Source of the DNA: Trypanosoma brucei
Taxonomy: Eukaryota
DNA length: 64,000 nt
Reading direction: 5' to 3'
NCBI GenBank assembly: GCA_000002445.1
Contig: CP000069.1
Location: forward strand, 608,001 to 672,000
This document shows, in pieces, positions 39,567 through 50,099 of this stretch; the stretch's first letter is position 1, and each line of letters begins with the position of its first letter. The position numbers and the translations under genes were made by a program. The notes under the pieces were generated by a model that was not told the DNA's origin, made no database searches, and saw only the letters and a program-made list of their open reading frames with translations.

Positions 39567-41318
39567 TCACGACCGCCTCGCTCCCTCAGTCGCCATCCTT
39601 TGCGCTAGGTACTCTCTATACCGATCCCCACGCTCTGCCGGGGGTCCTCTGTTATGTCTGGGAGTCGAAACCTCCGTCCTTTCAACTTCACTCGCGGCGT
39701 GGCCCAACACTCTCGCGTCAATCGCCGTCAGCGGCCTTCCCAAGGCATTGGAAACGAGACGATAACCGTCCTCAATGCGCTGCCGCACCTCCTCGGAGTT
39801 TATGTTGTTGGGACTGTGCACCTCCAACCCAATAAGTTTCAAAATACATTGGGCGATATTTACAAACACAAGCAGGGAAACAAGAACAATAATTGCAGGT
39901 AGGAAGCGATTCAGCCAGTCACCTAATATGTAACTAGCATCCATGTTATCACGGTACACATGGCCGTACATGACATCCACAGCCCCATTCGCCATGTCCG
40001 CCATGAGTAGGAAATTGAAACAAAGAGGCATGATAAGGCGCGATAAAAACGTGGCGCCAAAACAGAGTGATGAGTTGTCCGATATCTCAGGGAGGATAAC
40101 ATAAATGTCAAACACCTTGAGTTGGAAAATGGCCCAATACGAGCAGTACGCCATGTAGAAGAGGAAAATAACGGACGCAGGAAGCTCCCAACCGCTATTC
40201 GCCATAATGGCAACTACAGAGATACTCTTTTCTGTCAACGGGCGAAAGGGTAGTGTCACTTCACTCCAAAGTATGAGCAGCGTGATAACACCACATAATA
40301 GCGCCAACAATTTAAGGATGATTCCGCGCATGGGGAACCACACCTTCTTGAAGCCGTTGTTAGTTGCTTTTGAACCACGCGCAAGCATCTCATAGAACTT
40401 GGCGTCGCGGACAGTTGCGTCCCACCTGTATGTCATCCGCTGAGCTATTTTAATAGACCCCTTCACACGCTCGTGCAGCTGCTCAAGGTGTTCCAGAGAG
40501 ACGTCTATTTCAGTCCTTTTGCCTACAGCATTTGTGCGTGATGTTGGCATGGGAAATTGTGAGCTGCGGCCATCAGACTCATCAATCAACTCTATCATGC
40601 GGGTCCAGTATGGTCTATGCTCCTCCGGGACTGCGGACGAAATCGCCATGAGCTCCGTCCTCACCTCCGTTAGGTCTAGTACAGCTATGTCAAGATCCTC
40701 CTGAATCTCGACAGCACTATAATAAACCTCCCGCAGCATCCGTATAGGGTTCGACTTCCGCCACAGCACCTTCGGTACTCCCACAATTCCTGTGGACATG
40801 AACAGCACCAAAAGCAGGAGACCCCAAGCATTCGCCAAAGCGGTAGCCAAGTTACCGATACTGGTGAGGGAAGTGTAGGCACCCTTTAAAACAACTACAT
40901 AGGCGAACAACACCGCAAATATACATGTGTATATGGCATACAACTTTGCATTGACTTTAATAGAACTTACGAGTTTCCTCCTCACTGTAAATCCACCCAC
41001 CTCTGTGTATGATTGCGAAATTGGCAATACCACCCAACCCATGACATACGTCACTATCATGATGGTGTACCACACAGGAATCATCCACTCCTCCTTCGGT
41101 GCGTCACCTCCATTCATGGACTCAATAGCTGCGCCAATATCCACTACTAGAAGTGGGAATGGCATCAGTGATGCGTAGACAGCAATGACAATGAACACTG
41201 GGCACAGGAAAGGCATGGTCTTGTACGAGACCCTTGTGTAATGCCATTGCAATCCCAATGTCACGAAGAAGGTTGTAATAGAAAACCCTATTGTGGAGTA
41301 TACGGCGGGAATAGTCAT
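39567..41318 (-). CDS. Multi-pass membrane protein with LMBR1-domain-like topology (N-terminal TM cluster, central cytosolic coiled-coil loop, C-terminal TM cluster)
   Basis: 583 aa; nine or more hydrophobic segments split by the central loop 'RKSNPIRMLREVYYSAVEIQEDLDIAVLDLTEVRTELMAISSAVPEEHRPYWTRMIELIDE'. I assigned it to LMBR1/LIMR by architecture, not by a diagnostic motif. Confidence 0.4.
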   Translation of the reverse strand: MTIPAVYSTIGFSITTFFVTLGLQWHYTRVSYKTMPFLCPVFIVIAVYASLMPFPLLVVDIGAAIESMNGGDAPKEEWMIPVWYTIMIVTYVMGWVVLPISQSYTEVGGFTVRRKLVSSIKVNAKLYAIYTCIFAVLFAYVVVLKGAYTSLTSIGNLATALANAWGLLLLVLFMSTGIVGVPKVLWRKSNPIRMLREVYYSAVEIQEDLDIAVLDLTEVRTELMAISSAVPEEHRPYWTRMIELIDESDGRSSQFPMPTSRTNAVGKRTEIDVSLEHLEQLHERVKGSIKIAQRMTYRWDATVRDAKFYEMLARGSKATNNGFKKVWFPMRGIILKLLALLCGVITLLILWSEVTLPFRPLTEKSISVVAIMANSGWELPASVIFLFYMAYCSYWAIFQLKVFDIYVILPEISDNSSLCFGATFLSRLIMPLCFNFLLMADMANGAVDVMYGHVYRDNMDASYILGDWLNRFLPAIIVLVSLLVFVNIAQCILKLIGLEVHSPNNINSEEVRQRIEDGYRLVSNALGRPLTAIDARVLGHAASEVERTEVSTPRHNRGPPAERGDRYREYLAQRMATEGARRS

Positions 41319-42102
41319 TTACCCGCACACTAATAAGGAGGAGATAAACAAAAAAGCAATGTCAACGAAAAATATTAACAAGTAAAGAAAAAAAGAAAAA
41401 GATCCTTGAGTCGCAAAAACACACACCCCAAATACCGAGATCTAATATGCCTAATGTGTGAGTTGTCCTACCCCTTTTAGTGGTGATGTTAAACTCCTTT
41501 TTTAAAAAAATTATTTGGATCTCTTTTCCTTTTTGTTTTTCCTCCGTTTTCCTTCTGCTTCCACACTACTCAAGATTCTTATTCCACTGCTGATTATTTT
41601 GCTCTTATTCTTTTTTATTTTTTAAAAAAAAAGCAATCTTACGCTCTCACTAAATGATATTGTTTCAATCCCTGTTTGCACCTTTTGGGTTTCACCCAGG
41701 ACGATAGGAAGAGGAGGGTAGAACACAGCAATAATCAAAAAATTAACAAAAAATCCCTGTAACTGTTGGGAACTGAAGATATTTTCCTTTTATTTTTTTG
41801 CGTGTGTGGGTGCGTGTGAAGATGTTGTTGATCAAATCCACAACGACAGTCGAGGCAACGGTAAAATATCAAACGAGGGGAGGGAAGGAAAGCAAAAGAG
41901 ATGAGAAAAGAAATGAAGTGAAGTGAAGTGAGACAAAATGCCAAAAGGAAACCCAATTGTGCGTTCGTAAAGGGTTAACACGATGAGTAAAACATGATGT
42001 GTAGCTTTAACGGTGTGATAGAACAATTTTTTTCTTTTATTTTAAGGTGGGATGGGTAAAAACTGATAAAGATAATTAATAAAGGTATGGTTTATCATTA
42101 CT

Positions 42103-43077
42103 TTAAGCAAAGTCAACCTTGACTTGCGCTTCATCTCGTTCCTTTAATACTGCTAAAAGTTCCTCACGAAGCGGACACGGTTCCGTTTTAAGTTGCAACG
42201 CCAGACGGTTCCGTTCCATGGTGAGCTTCGTTTGTTTTTGCGTTAACTCCGAAAGACGTGAGCTCAGCTGTTTTTGCCCCATATTGGCTGTACCGGTGTC
42301 ACCCTTCTTTGCGCTGCCCTGGGCGTTGAGTTTTGAGACAACTTCATCTAGCTGTTGCTTTGCCTCAGCCAATTTAGAAGGGAGATCTTCCTCGCTGTAC
42401 TGCAGAACCATCTGAATACGATCCTTTTCCTTCCTCAAGAGTGTCACTTGAATCTCCATATCATCCACAGTCTCTGCACTGATTTGTTTCTGCTGTTTGC
42501 CGCCTTTTGGTTTTTTTTGACCAGGGTTCATCACAGCCACGTGCTGAAGAAGTTCGCTCATCGCCCTTCGATCTACTTGCCGGGCGCGGGAACGAAGCTC
42601 CTCCTCGTTACGGCGGCGCTCCTCCTCGCGTGCGGCTATGCGCTCCTCCTCTAAGCGCTCCCTCTCGATGCGATCCTCCTCCAGTTTCTTCTGTTCTTCT
42701 TCCGATATCTGAGGTCCTTCATCATATTCCTCTTCGCTCTCTTCCTCAAACACCTCATCCTCATCGTTCTCGTTCCACCGCCGATAATCTGGACCCCGTG
42801 CCTTCAAGCGGCGGATTGGCTCCGGCGCCTGCCTCTCTGCAACAAGTGTGTTAATACAACCCATCAACGCATCCCCGAGAATTTTGTAATTCTCCGAGCT
42901 TATTTTAGTAGGGTCCTCCAAGAGGCGGTTAAGGAATGCAGTCAATATTAACTCGTAATGTTTCGTATTACGGTACATTTGCAGAAAACTATTGGTAATT
43001 TTACCAAACGCCGTGTAGTATGAATCACCCCTCAGTTCGGCGAACTGAAAGGTATAACGGTCACCATCTCTCAACAT
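42103..43077 (-). CDS. Hypothetical protein (324 aa) with an acidic tract and a C-terminal coiled coil
   Basis: ORF on the PTU strand. 'NENDEDEVFEEESEEEYDEGPQISEEEQKKLEEDRIERERLEEERIAAREEERRRNEEELR' acidic/charged region. C-terminal heptad-like segment. Confidence 0.5.
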   Translation of the reverse strand: MLRDGDRYTFQFAELRGDSYYTAFGKITNSFLQMYRNTKHYELILTAFLNRLLEDPTKISSENYKILGDALMGCINTLVAERQAPEPIRRLKARGPDYRRWNENDEDEVFEEESEEEYDEGPQISEEEQKKLEEDRIERERLEEERIAAREEERRRNEEELRSRARQVDRRAMSELLQHVAVMNPGQKKPKGGKQQKQISAETVDDMEIQVTLLRKEKDRIQMVLQYSEEDLPSKLAEAKQQLDEVVSKLNAQGSAKKGDTGTANMGQKQLSSRLSELTQKQTKLTMERNRLALQLKTEPCPLREELLAVLKERDEAQVKVDFA

Positions 43078-43707
43078 TTCCCCCCCCGAAAGCAGCTACT
43101 CGTAACTTTTTATTCTTTACTTTACTCCTTTTTTATAACACTTGTATTCTCTTGCGATTACAACGTTGCGACAAGGAGGAAAAGTATGAGCAACAGGTCG
43201 TCAACCCCCACCTCGCACCCGTAACATATCTCCACAAAAATAATTATGGTGATAATAACACAATGATTAAATTGAGCGGATCAGATGCCAATCTCTCCAT
43301 CAACAGCATTTTGTCGTTATACAAATAAGATTTATTATGCGCAAACACTCTGCAAGGACTCAAAAGACAGGCGTTAGGAAACGTAACGAGTACGTTAACG
43401 CAACCGCAGCATCAAGAATGCAATTCCTCACATTTTTTCGAAGGTTGCGCCCCCCCTTCTAATCTTCGACCACATAAATCGGTGGAACCACAAGAATGGG
43501 AAAGGATAGGGGAAAGCGAATGGAGCCCATAAAGAAAAAAATTATATATGAGGATGCAGGCATACGAAACCACCACTCCCCCCCCCCGATTCCCTAGTGC
43601 ACATTCACCCACCTTCCCCACCCCACACAAATGCACCACCTGCGTCACTGTTTCAAAAAGTGATACAAACGCATACGCTCATCGCTTTATTTCCCAGCCA
43701 CGGCCTC

Positions 43708-45078
43708 TCAAAATTTTGTTGGTGCACGTGGGGGGACAACTTGCTTCGCTGGTGGTTGTTGTTGCGGTTGCTGCTGCCGTTGCTGTTGATTCATGGTTGC
43801 CGCCCCAACTGCCGCTTTGGGCACCAGCACCGATCCCAAAGCTACGGTCGCCCCCACAGTGCTATCCTGAACACGAACATACTCTTGAGGAGTTGTGGGA
43901 ACGTATCCCACAGCCGTTGCAGGTGTGTATGCTTGCGGATGAAACGGCACGGGGTTAATCGCTGGTGGCGGTGTCGTCACCGGTGCGGGCGTTTTGGTTG
44001 TCGAAACAGTCGCTGGGGTTGGTTGAGCTTGCACAGAATGTGACACTACTGATTTTTGTTGCTGATGACTACCTGAGCTGGAAGTAAGAGGTGGTACAGT
44101 TCCCCAATACACTGGTGGAGCCTCTTCCACAGCAACCTCGTCCATAACACCAGGAAATAGAAATGTGTTGCTCTCCGTACGTGGCGGCTGTCCCCACTGT
44201 CCCTCACCATTACCCCATTGCGCACCTGGGGGAATGGGAGCGTTGAGGCCAGGAACTTTCAAACCGGGGTACGCTGGAGGAAGTCGTCGCATCGCCTGCA
44301 TGCCGTAAAGCCATGGTGGTGGCGAGTGCGGCCCCATCCCAAGCCCCGTCCGAAGCCGCTGCGAAAGAACGCCTGGTGTATGACATCCCTTTGGTAGCCA
44401 TTTACCCTCATAAAACACATCGCCAAACCGGCTTAGAGAGACGTTAAATCGTTTTCGCTGCAGCGGAGTGCCAGTAATGAAGCACGACACAAAAGCAACT
44501 TGGTCAATACTTGCCTTCTTGTCTCGTGTCGCACGAATCCGCTCGACACCTAGCAAAGCGATCTCCGGTGGAACAAGGTCTGTAGCCTTCTCGCGGTCCG
44601 CCTGATTGGCCATGAAAGCACGCAACCTGTTCCAGTGCTGCGGTACAGGCACTGTTCGCCGTACAGACTTTAAGAATACAGTAAACAGAGGATCTTCGGC
44701 ATTGCCGTCGTGTTCAGAGACCATGGCACTGACATCAGAACCGTAGCGCTGCGCGACGGCTAGCTTTAGAGCTTCCCACGACATTTTCTGCCGCTGTTGT
44801 TTGTTCTTCTTCGATTTCGAACCCGCGGCCTCATTCACCGTGATGGACGGAAGCTGCACGCGGTCCTCATCTTCCACATCCACATTACCGGTTTCGGCCA
44901 CAGCGCGAGAAGTAACGTCACCAGCGGGTGATTTTTCACCATCGCTATCGGAGGAGAGAACGTATTGCACTTCAACCTCTTCAGCGTTTTGCAGACGCTC
45001 TCTTATGAACTTGGTCCTTTCCCTTAACTCTTCCTGCCGCTGCCGTCGCAGTAACTTTTTCTTTTTTGCTTCCTTCAT
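43708..45078 (-). CDS. SF3B2: Splicing factor 3B subunit 2 (SF3b145/SAP145) homologue with DUF382 and PSP domains; start placed at the internal Met (MKEAKKKK...)
   Basis: The PSP-domain core 'GVLSQRLRTGLGMGPHSPPPWLYGMQAMRRLPPAYPGLKVPGLNAPIPPGAQWG' matches human SF3B2 'LSDELRISLGMP...VPPPWLIAMQRYGPPPSYPNLKIPGLNSPIPESCSFG'. The upstream DUF382-like 'VPVPQHWNRLRAF...EIALLGVERIRA'. The track ORF extends to 45219 only by reading through a (TA)n microsatellite ('NIYIYIYICIYMYIH'), which I take as spurious. Confidence 0.75.
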   Translation of the reverse strand: MKEAKKKKLLRRQRQEELRERTKFIRERLQNAEEVEVQYVLSSDSDGEKSPAGDVTSRAVAETGNVDVEDEDRVQLPSITVNEAAGSKSKKNKQQRQKMSWEALKLAVAQRYGSDVSAMVSEHDGNAEDPLFTVFLKSVRRTVPVPQHWNRLRAFMANQADREKATDLVPPEIALLGVERIRATRDKKASIDQVAFVSCFITGTPLQRKRFNVSLSRFGDVFYEGKWLPKGCHTPGVLSQRLRTGLGMGPHSPPPWLYGMQAMRRLPPAYPGLKVPGLNAPIPPGAQWGNGEGQWGQPPRTESNTFLFPGVMDEVAVEEAPPVYWGTVPPLTSSSGSHQQQKSVVSHSVQAQPTPATVSTTKTPAPVTTPPPAINPVPFHPQAYTPATAVGYVPTTPQEYVRVQDSTVGATVALGSVLVPKAAVGAATMNQQQRQQQPQQQPPAKQVVPPRAPTKF

Positions 45079-45127
45079 ACTTGAACTATAGGTTCCCTCC
45101 ACTATTTCTGGCTGAAAATAGGAGAAA

Positions 45128-45139
45128 AGATGTATATAC

Positions 45140-45173
<34 letters not shown>

Positions 45174-45176
45174 TGT
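45128..45176. repeat. (AT/TA)n microsatellite with interspersed 'ac'
   Basis: 'tatatacatatatatacatatatatatatatatatatatat' directly upstream of the SF3B2 start. Confidence 0.85.
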
Positions 45177-45932
45177 TTACCCCACTCTTGAGTGGAGGGA
45201 GAATAGATACTAATGCCACAAAGTGTAACAGCTGCTAATGCGTCATACCATGACTTACCGTACGCATTTCATCGCATCAAAACGTTTCACCTCGTACTAC
45301 TACTACCACTAATTTGCTACCTCAGCCGTGTGCAAGTGAAGGAGGGTACCTTCCTCCATTAATCTTCTGCCATTTGTGAATGTACTTTGGCGCTTGTCAA
45401 CCGTATCACACTACACCCAGTCATCTGTTCAGTTTATCCCGTGCAGGGTGAGGCCAACTCAACGGGACACCCGGGGAGGAATCCAAATTTATCATTTGTT
45501 GGTATGTGTTTCTGAACGATAAAACAAAAAAGAAGTTCAGACGGTACACCTACGAAGGAGAGTAAATATTCCCCAAGTACAGCCGACAGAAACAATGATC
45601 GCGACAATGAGTTCCTATTAAAGTTGTAACTAACATTCCTACTGCCACCCACAACAACTTGGAGGTCGAAGTGAACGCTTGCAGACACTACAGACACCTC
45701 ACCCTACGGATGGAGGTGAAGTGGCAAAGCACGCAAGATGACCCACACCACCTCACCCGCAGCATACACGAGTCCTGCCCAACTGACAGGCAAACCGCAT
45801 ATTCCAAAATGCAACATCACAGCTTGGTTTGTACACCTTGCAACACACTCGCGCTTTTTCGTTAGTAAAGTCGTAGGCATATTTCCCCTTCTTTGAAGCT
45901 ACATTCCTTTAATGTGCTATTGAGTATCCCAC

Positions 45933-47504
45933 CTAGTACAATTGGGTGCCATGCAGCGTCAACTGCCCCCTTTCATCCATAACAGCTTCGCGGCTTGTAC
46001 TGCAAAAGCCGCGCTCATCTACTAATTCTGTCAGCAGCCCAGCATTGTTGTAATAACCTGCGGAGATATGTGGGCCCTTCAGCTTCAAATTCCCCCGAGT
46101 GTTGGCCGCAAGAATCCTCGCATCGGCCGTTCCACGATCACCAACCACTTTTGCTTCCACATGCGGAACCATCTCCCACCGAGCGCGCTTTAAAGAACGC
46201 CACATGACCATGTATGCACTCTCCAGCGGCCCCCGGAAGACAAAAACATCTTCAAGACCAAGCTCCTTTGCTAATTTCTGCAAATACTCATCGCCCACAG
46301 TGGGCTCACTCGCGTCCTCAAAAAGTACCACCCACTTGAGGTGTTCATATTGATCTGCATCAAAGTTACCCGCGTGACGAAGCAGGAGGTCAAAGTCTGA
46401 CTTCTTACCCAACATACCCACTACCTCCTCTACACAGAGTTTCTCTATGCCGTTGATAGCGTGGTCGTCTGTAAACATGTCACTGTGGATGTGCACAAGA
46501 ACAGCTCCAGTCGTAAGTGCGGCATACGGTGCAACAATGGCGCCTACAGGGTCCACGTGGTGGTTAGGCATTACACCAAAGCGCGACTCCGCCTTCAGGC
46601 CCATGAGATTACCAAACAGGAACCCAGCATTAATGCAGTTACGGTGAGAATAGGTGATGTGCAACTTGTCCTCTAGTGCCGGGTGCGGGTCCTCCAGGGC
46701 GAGGATGGGGTCATCGGGATGCAGGAGGGCAGAGAGACGACGCAACCGCTGCTCATAGTAAGAAAAGGGGCCCCACACGAGCATCTTACGCATTGGCGTC
46801 ACTCCCAGTAAGTTCATGTTGTGATCTGTTATGACCACCTTCTTAAGGAAGAAGAACTCCTGAGAGTGCACCCACTGAAACCGTTGCCCTGGATACGATA
46901 GTCCTAGCTCAGGTATGACATTGTAAATCATATCCCAGAAGTGCATGTTACGCTCCACCAGCACACCCTGCTTAACCTCCGGTACGACGATCCATTCACG
47001 AGCGATGAGGTGGTGTGGTTGAAATTCATTAAGATAAAACCGAAGTTTGTCAGCGCTTATATTGTGATGGGGCACAACAGCAAGAAGAGCCCCAATCTTG
47101 GCGCATGCCAATTGAAGCACAAACGTCTCGCAGTTGCACGGTTGTATCGCCAGCACCCTCTGTCCAGGGCGCAAGCCTGTTTGAAGAAGACCATGCGCCA
47201 GCGCTTCACTATTCTTTCGTATGTCAGCAAATGCCCACCGTACTGCCTGGTGCTCAATACGCAAGAAATCCTTGTAGTACATCTTGCGTGACTGAATGTT
47301 GACGTAATAACCAACCAGCTGATCGAGGACTGGCGTATCTACGGACCCGCTCGCCACTGAGTAATCCTTTCCTTCATTACTGCTTTTGGGAATCACTGGA
47401 GCAGACACAGCTGCAGGAGACGACGACAACAGAGCCGTAGAGTTCATGAATGGCCTCACAACATTTTTCCGAAAAGCGACACACCCGGCGAGGCGACGGA
47501 GCAT
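45933..47504 (-). CDS. Hypothetical protein (523 aa) with an N-terminal mitochondrial-presequence-like region and a weak, degenerate resemblance to AMP-dependent synthetase/ligase (ANL) enzymes
   Basis: 'MLRRLAGCVAFRKNVVRPFMNSTALLSS' presequence-like. 'KLHITYSHRNCINAGF' lies where ANL enzymes carry the (I/L)xYTSGTTGxPKG P-loop, but the Gly-rich motif is absent. The overall length and hydrophobic periodicity are similar to ANL. The function is uncertain. Confidence 0.3.
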   Translation of the reverse strand: MLRRLAGCVAFRKNVVRPFMNSTALLSSSPAAVSAPVIPKSSNEGKDYSVASGSVDTPVLDQLVGYYVNIQSRKMYYKDFLRIEHQAVRWAFADIRKNSEALAHGLLQTGLRPGQRVLAIQPCNCETFVLQLACAKIGALLAVVPHHNISADKLRFYLNEFQPHHLIAREWIVVPEVKQGVLVERNMHFWDMIYNVIPELGLSYPGQRFQWVHSQEFFFLKKVVITDHNMNLLGVTPMRKMLVWGPFSYYEQRLRRLSALLHPDDPILALEDPHPALEDKLHITYSHRNCINAGFLFGNLMGLKAESRFGVMPNHHVDPVGAIVAPYAALTTGAVLVHIHSDMFTDDHAINGIEKLCVEEVVGMLGKKSDFDLLLRHAGNFDADQYEHLKWVVLFEDASEPTVGDEYLQKLAKELGLEDVFVFRGPLESAYMVMWRSLKRARWEMVPHVEAKVVGDRGTADARILAANTRGNLKLKGPHISAGYYNNAGLLTELVDERGFCSTSREAVMDERGQLTLHGTQLY

Positions 47505-47861
47505 TTATGCAAGTTGCTTCCTAAGGCACAGGTAACGAATCCCTTTTGCTGCAACACGCACTACTACAAAGCAAATGGGGCCTCTTCTTCTCCGCTTTCA
47601 AACGTCAACACTCCGCTGGAGAGGGAGAAGGAAAGCAGGGTTGGTTAAACGGGAAGGGGGAGAGTTGAAATATATGATGGGGCGAACAGTGGAATCCAGT
47701 ACCACCAGTGTTAGGCATAAAACAGAAGTTATGTATGTGCTTGTGGGAAAATACAACACTAATGTGTTCAGGGTGAAGGAAGGCAAAGGAAAGATAAATC
47801 GAATACGAAAAGCTTTTCATTCTGCAAAGCTGAGCGCGGATCTTTCACCCTTGAGAAGGTC

Positions 47862-50099
47862 TCACTTTTCGCCAGTACGAATGAGATTAATCAGCGACTG
47901 CATGTTACTTGCCTTTACGCATTCACGGCACTCGGCTACAAGTTGTGTTCTCGCCCTGCCGATACGTAGCTTACCCGCCTTCGCGATAAACCCATTGAGA
48001 CGCTTCAAAGCGCTTTTCAATTCTTTAAAATTGTTGGACAGCTTCAAGTTTTCATCAATAAGTTCCTTGTCAAGTTCATACAGTTGGGAGTAGTGGCGAC
48101 GCATGCTTACAATGTCCGATATCAGCCTCGAATCTTCAGCCCTCACAAGCAACGGTTTTATGTTTGTTGCAGCTTCCGCTATGTCATCACTCAGTTTCTG
48201 CCGCACCTTATCAAGATCTATAACACGTTCAACCGTCTCCTGCAGTTGCTGGAAGTCCTCCGGAAAATCACAACGGGACGTTGCCTCAGTAACACATGTC
48301 GTAGCAAAACTTTCGACAAGGATGCTGCATATATCCATGGAGTTACCACATATCTGCAACTCACATCTACTGAGAATTCCCCGAATCACCAATCCGGAGC
48401 GGTCCTGCAGATCCACAAAAGGAACAGAAAAATCGCTCGCAGTATCCGGAACACGATCCAACGGTACGTCAAACGTTTTTTGAAGCCACAGCGACACGCT
48501 ACCGAAGTCAAAATCCTTTGATAGCTGCAAAGTAACGCTTCCTGTGGGTTCTGAGAAGGATCCCCTACACCACTCATTTGGCCACAACCTGCACATGACA
48601 AACTTCGGGACTACAACATCGACTTCATGTACTTGGTAATTAACTGCGTTGGTAGAACCAACCATAACGGATGCCTTAAGTGTCACTTCCGGGCCCCGTG
48701 GAACATCAAGTCCGCAAACGAGTGTAGGCAGTGGATCCTGTGACATAAAGAGAATGTGCCCCTTTTCCGGAAACATAGCCTCACTACTGAGGATACAAGC
48801 GTAAATTATGGTATCTTGTTGACCGTTGATTACACTGAAAACCACATCAAGCTTCCCGGTTTGCGAGTTTGGCTGTAATTTGCAATCCACACCGGTTCCA
48901 ACCTTCGGTAAAGTCACATCCGTCCTACCACTCTTCTGCCTCACTAGCTGCTCCTTCACATTTGCTAACTCCTTCTCGAGCGCTTGCTTCTCCCTCATCA
49001 ACATATCAAGCTTAAGCGCCCCTTCCCGCTGCGCAACCATCGCTTCGTGCCTTCCCATCGTACCAGTCAGTTGTAAGCCACACACCGTTCCATCAACCGT
49101 ACATATGATCGGCAACGGTTGCCCGTTCTGGCGGTAGTCGTCTACCAGAACAGAACTTATTGGTGCGTCAAATGTTTCCTTACAAAGAACAGTCCCCTCG
49201 TTTCCGTCTCCGCTGCGCACCTCTACCCTTCCATTGTTCCAACCGATGATGAGCTCCGGCACGCCATCCATATCCACATCACAAAAAGCAGCAGATACCG
49301 GTCGCTGATTATCCTTCAATCGGTATAAACGCTCACATCTGTCGTATATGCCAACGGTACCACTATTTGAAAGATACGCAAACCGGCCCGGTACACCACT
49401 GTACACCAAACTGTGCACACGGTCTGCAAGACCAACACTTGTGATCGGCTCCTCACCGTCAAACACGCGTAGTTCAAAATCCTCTGATGCCGCAACTAAC
49501 GCCGGTGAGCCATTCAGCGTTGATGTTGAAGCGCACACGCCCGCGTCTGGCCAGGGCATAAGCATTAACGCGGTCACTCTGTCACCCGTTATGGTGGAAA
49601 ACACCTCCTCTCCACTTGAGTTGAAGCCGCTGATTGCGCAGTCCCCACCCACAATTGCCAGTGGAGCGGGTCCGCTCTTTGCTGTTGGGCCCACAACACC
49701 ACCCACTACCGCACTCACGCCATCTTCCACCTGTTTATAATAATATTCGCAGTTGCGCTCTACGTCATATGCTAACAAAGAGTTCGCTTCACCAAGAAAC
49801 AGTGCATCAACGCCTTCATTCTCATATCTCCCACCTATTGGTCCAGTTGCCAATGCAGTTAGTGCCTTACCAAAGTTAAAAGTCCGAAGCGGAGCTACCG
49901 AAGCATCCTCACGGTGAGCCGCTAGGGGGTTGCTTGTGTCATGCGTATGAACAATAACCTGACGGGTATTCGTCGCACACACAAGTGATGGTGTTTTCCC
50001 GTCGAAGCGCCCAATCGCAGCCAAACCTTCATTGAGTGATGCGTTGAGGCTTAACTGAAAGGCAGTCCGCATGGAGTAGCAGTTTGTCTGAAGACTCAT
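47862..50099 (-). CDS. BBS2: BBSome subunit BBS2
   Basis: The N-terminal beta-propeller aligns with human BBS2: 'AAIGRFDGKTPSLVCATNTRQVIVH' matches '[25 protein letters not shown]'; 'NSLLAYDVERNCEYYYKQVEDGVSAVV' matches '[27 protein letters not shown]'; 'PLAIVGGDCAISGFNSSGEEVFSTITGDRVTAL' matches '[33 protein letters not shown]'. Followed by a coiled coil and C-terminal platform. Confidence 0.85.
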   Translation of the reverse strand: MSLQTNCYSMRTAFQLSLNASLNEGLAAIGRFDGKTPSLVCATNTRQVIVHTHDTSNPLAAHREDASVAPLRTFNFGKALTALATGPIGGRYENEGVDALFLGEANSLLAYDVERNCEYYYKQVEDGVSAVVGGVVGPTAKSGPAPLAIVGGDCAISGFNSSGEEVFSTITGDRVTALMLMPWPDAGVCASTSTLNGSPALVAASEDFELRVFDGEEPITSVGLADRVHSLVYSGVPGRFAYLSNSGTVGIYDRCERLYRLKDNQRPVSAAFCDVDMDGVPELIIGWNNGRVEVRSGDGNEGTVLCKETFDAPISSVLVDDYRQNGQPLPIICTVDGTVCGLQLTGTMGRHEAMVAQREGALKLDMLMREKQALEKELANVKEQLVRQKSGRTDVTLPKVGTGVDCKLQPNSQTGKLDVVFSVINGQQDTIIYACILSSEAMFPEKGHILFMSQDPLPTLVCGLDVPRGPEVTLKASVMVGSTNAVNYQVHEVDVVVPKFVMCRLWPNEWCRGSFSEPTGSVTLQLSKDFDFGSVSLWLQKTFDVPLDRVPDTASDFSVPFVDLQDRSGLVIRGILSRCELQICGNSMDICSILVESFATTCVTEATSRCDFPEDFQQLQETVERVIDLDKVRQKLSDDIAEAATNIKPLLVRAEDSRLISDIVSMRRHYSQLYELDKELIDENLKLSNNFKELKSALKRLNGFIAKAGKLRIGRARTQLVAECRECVKASNMQSLINLIRTGEK

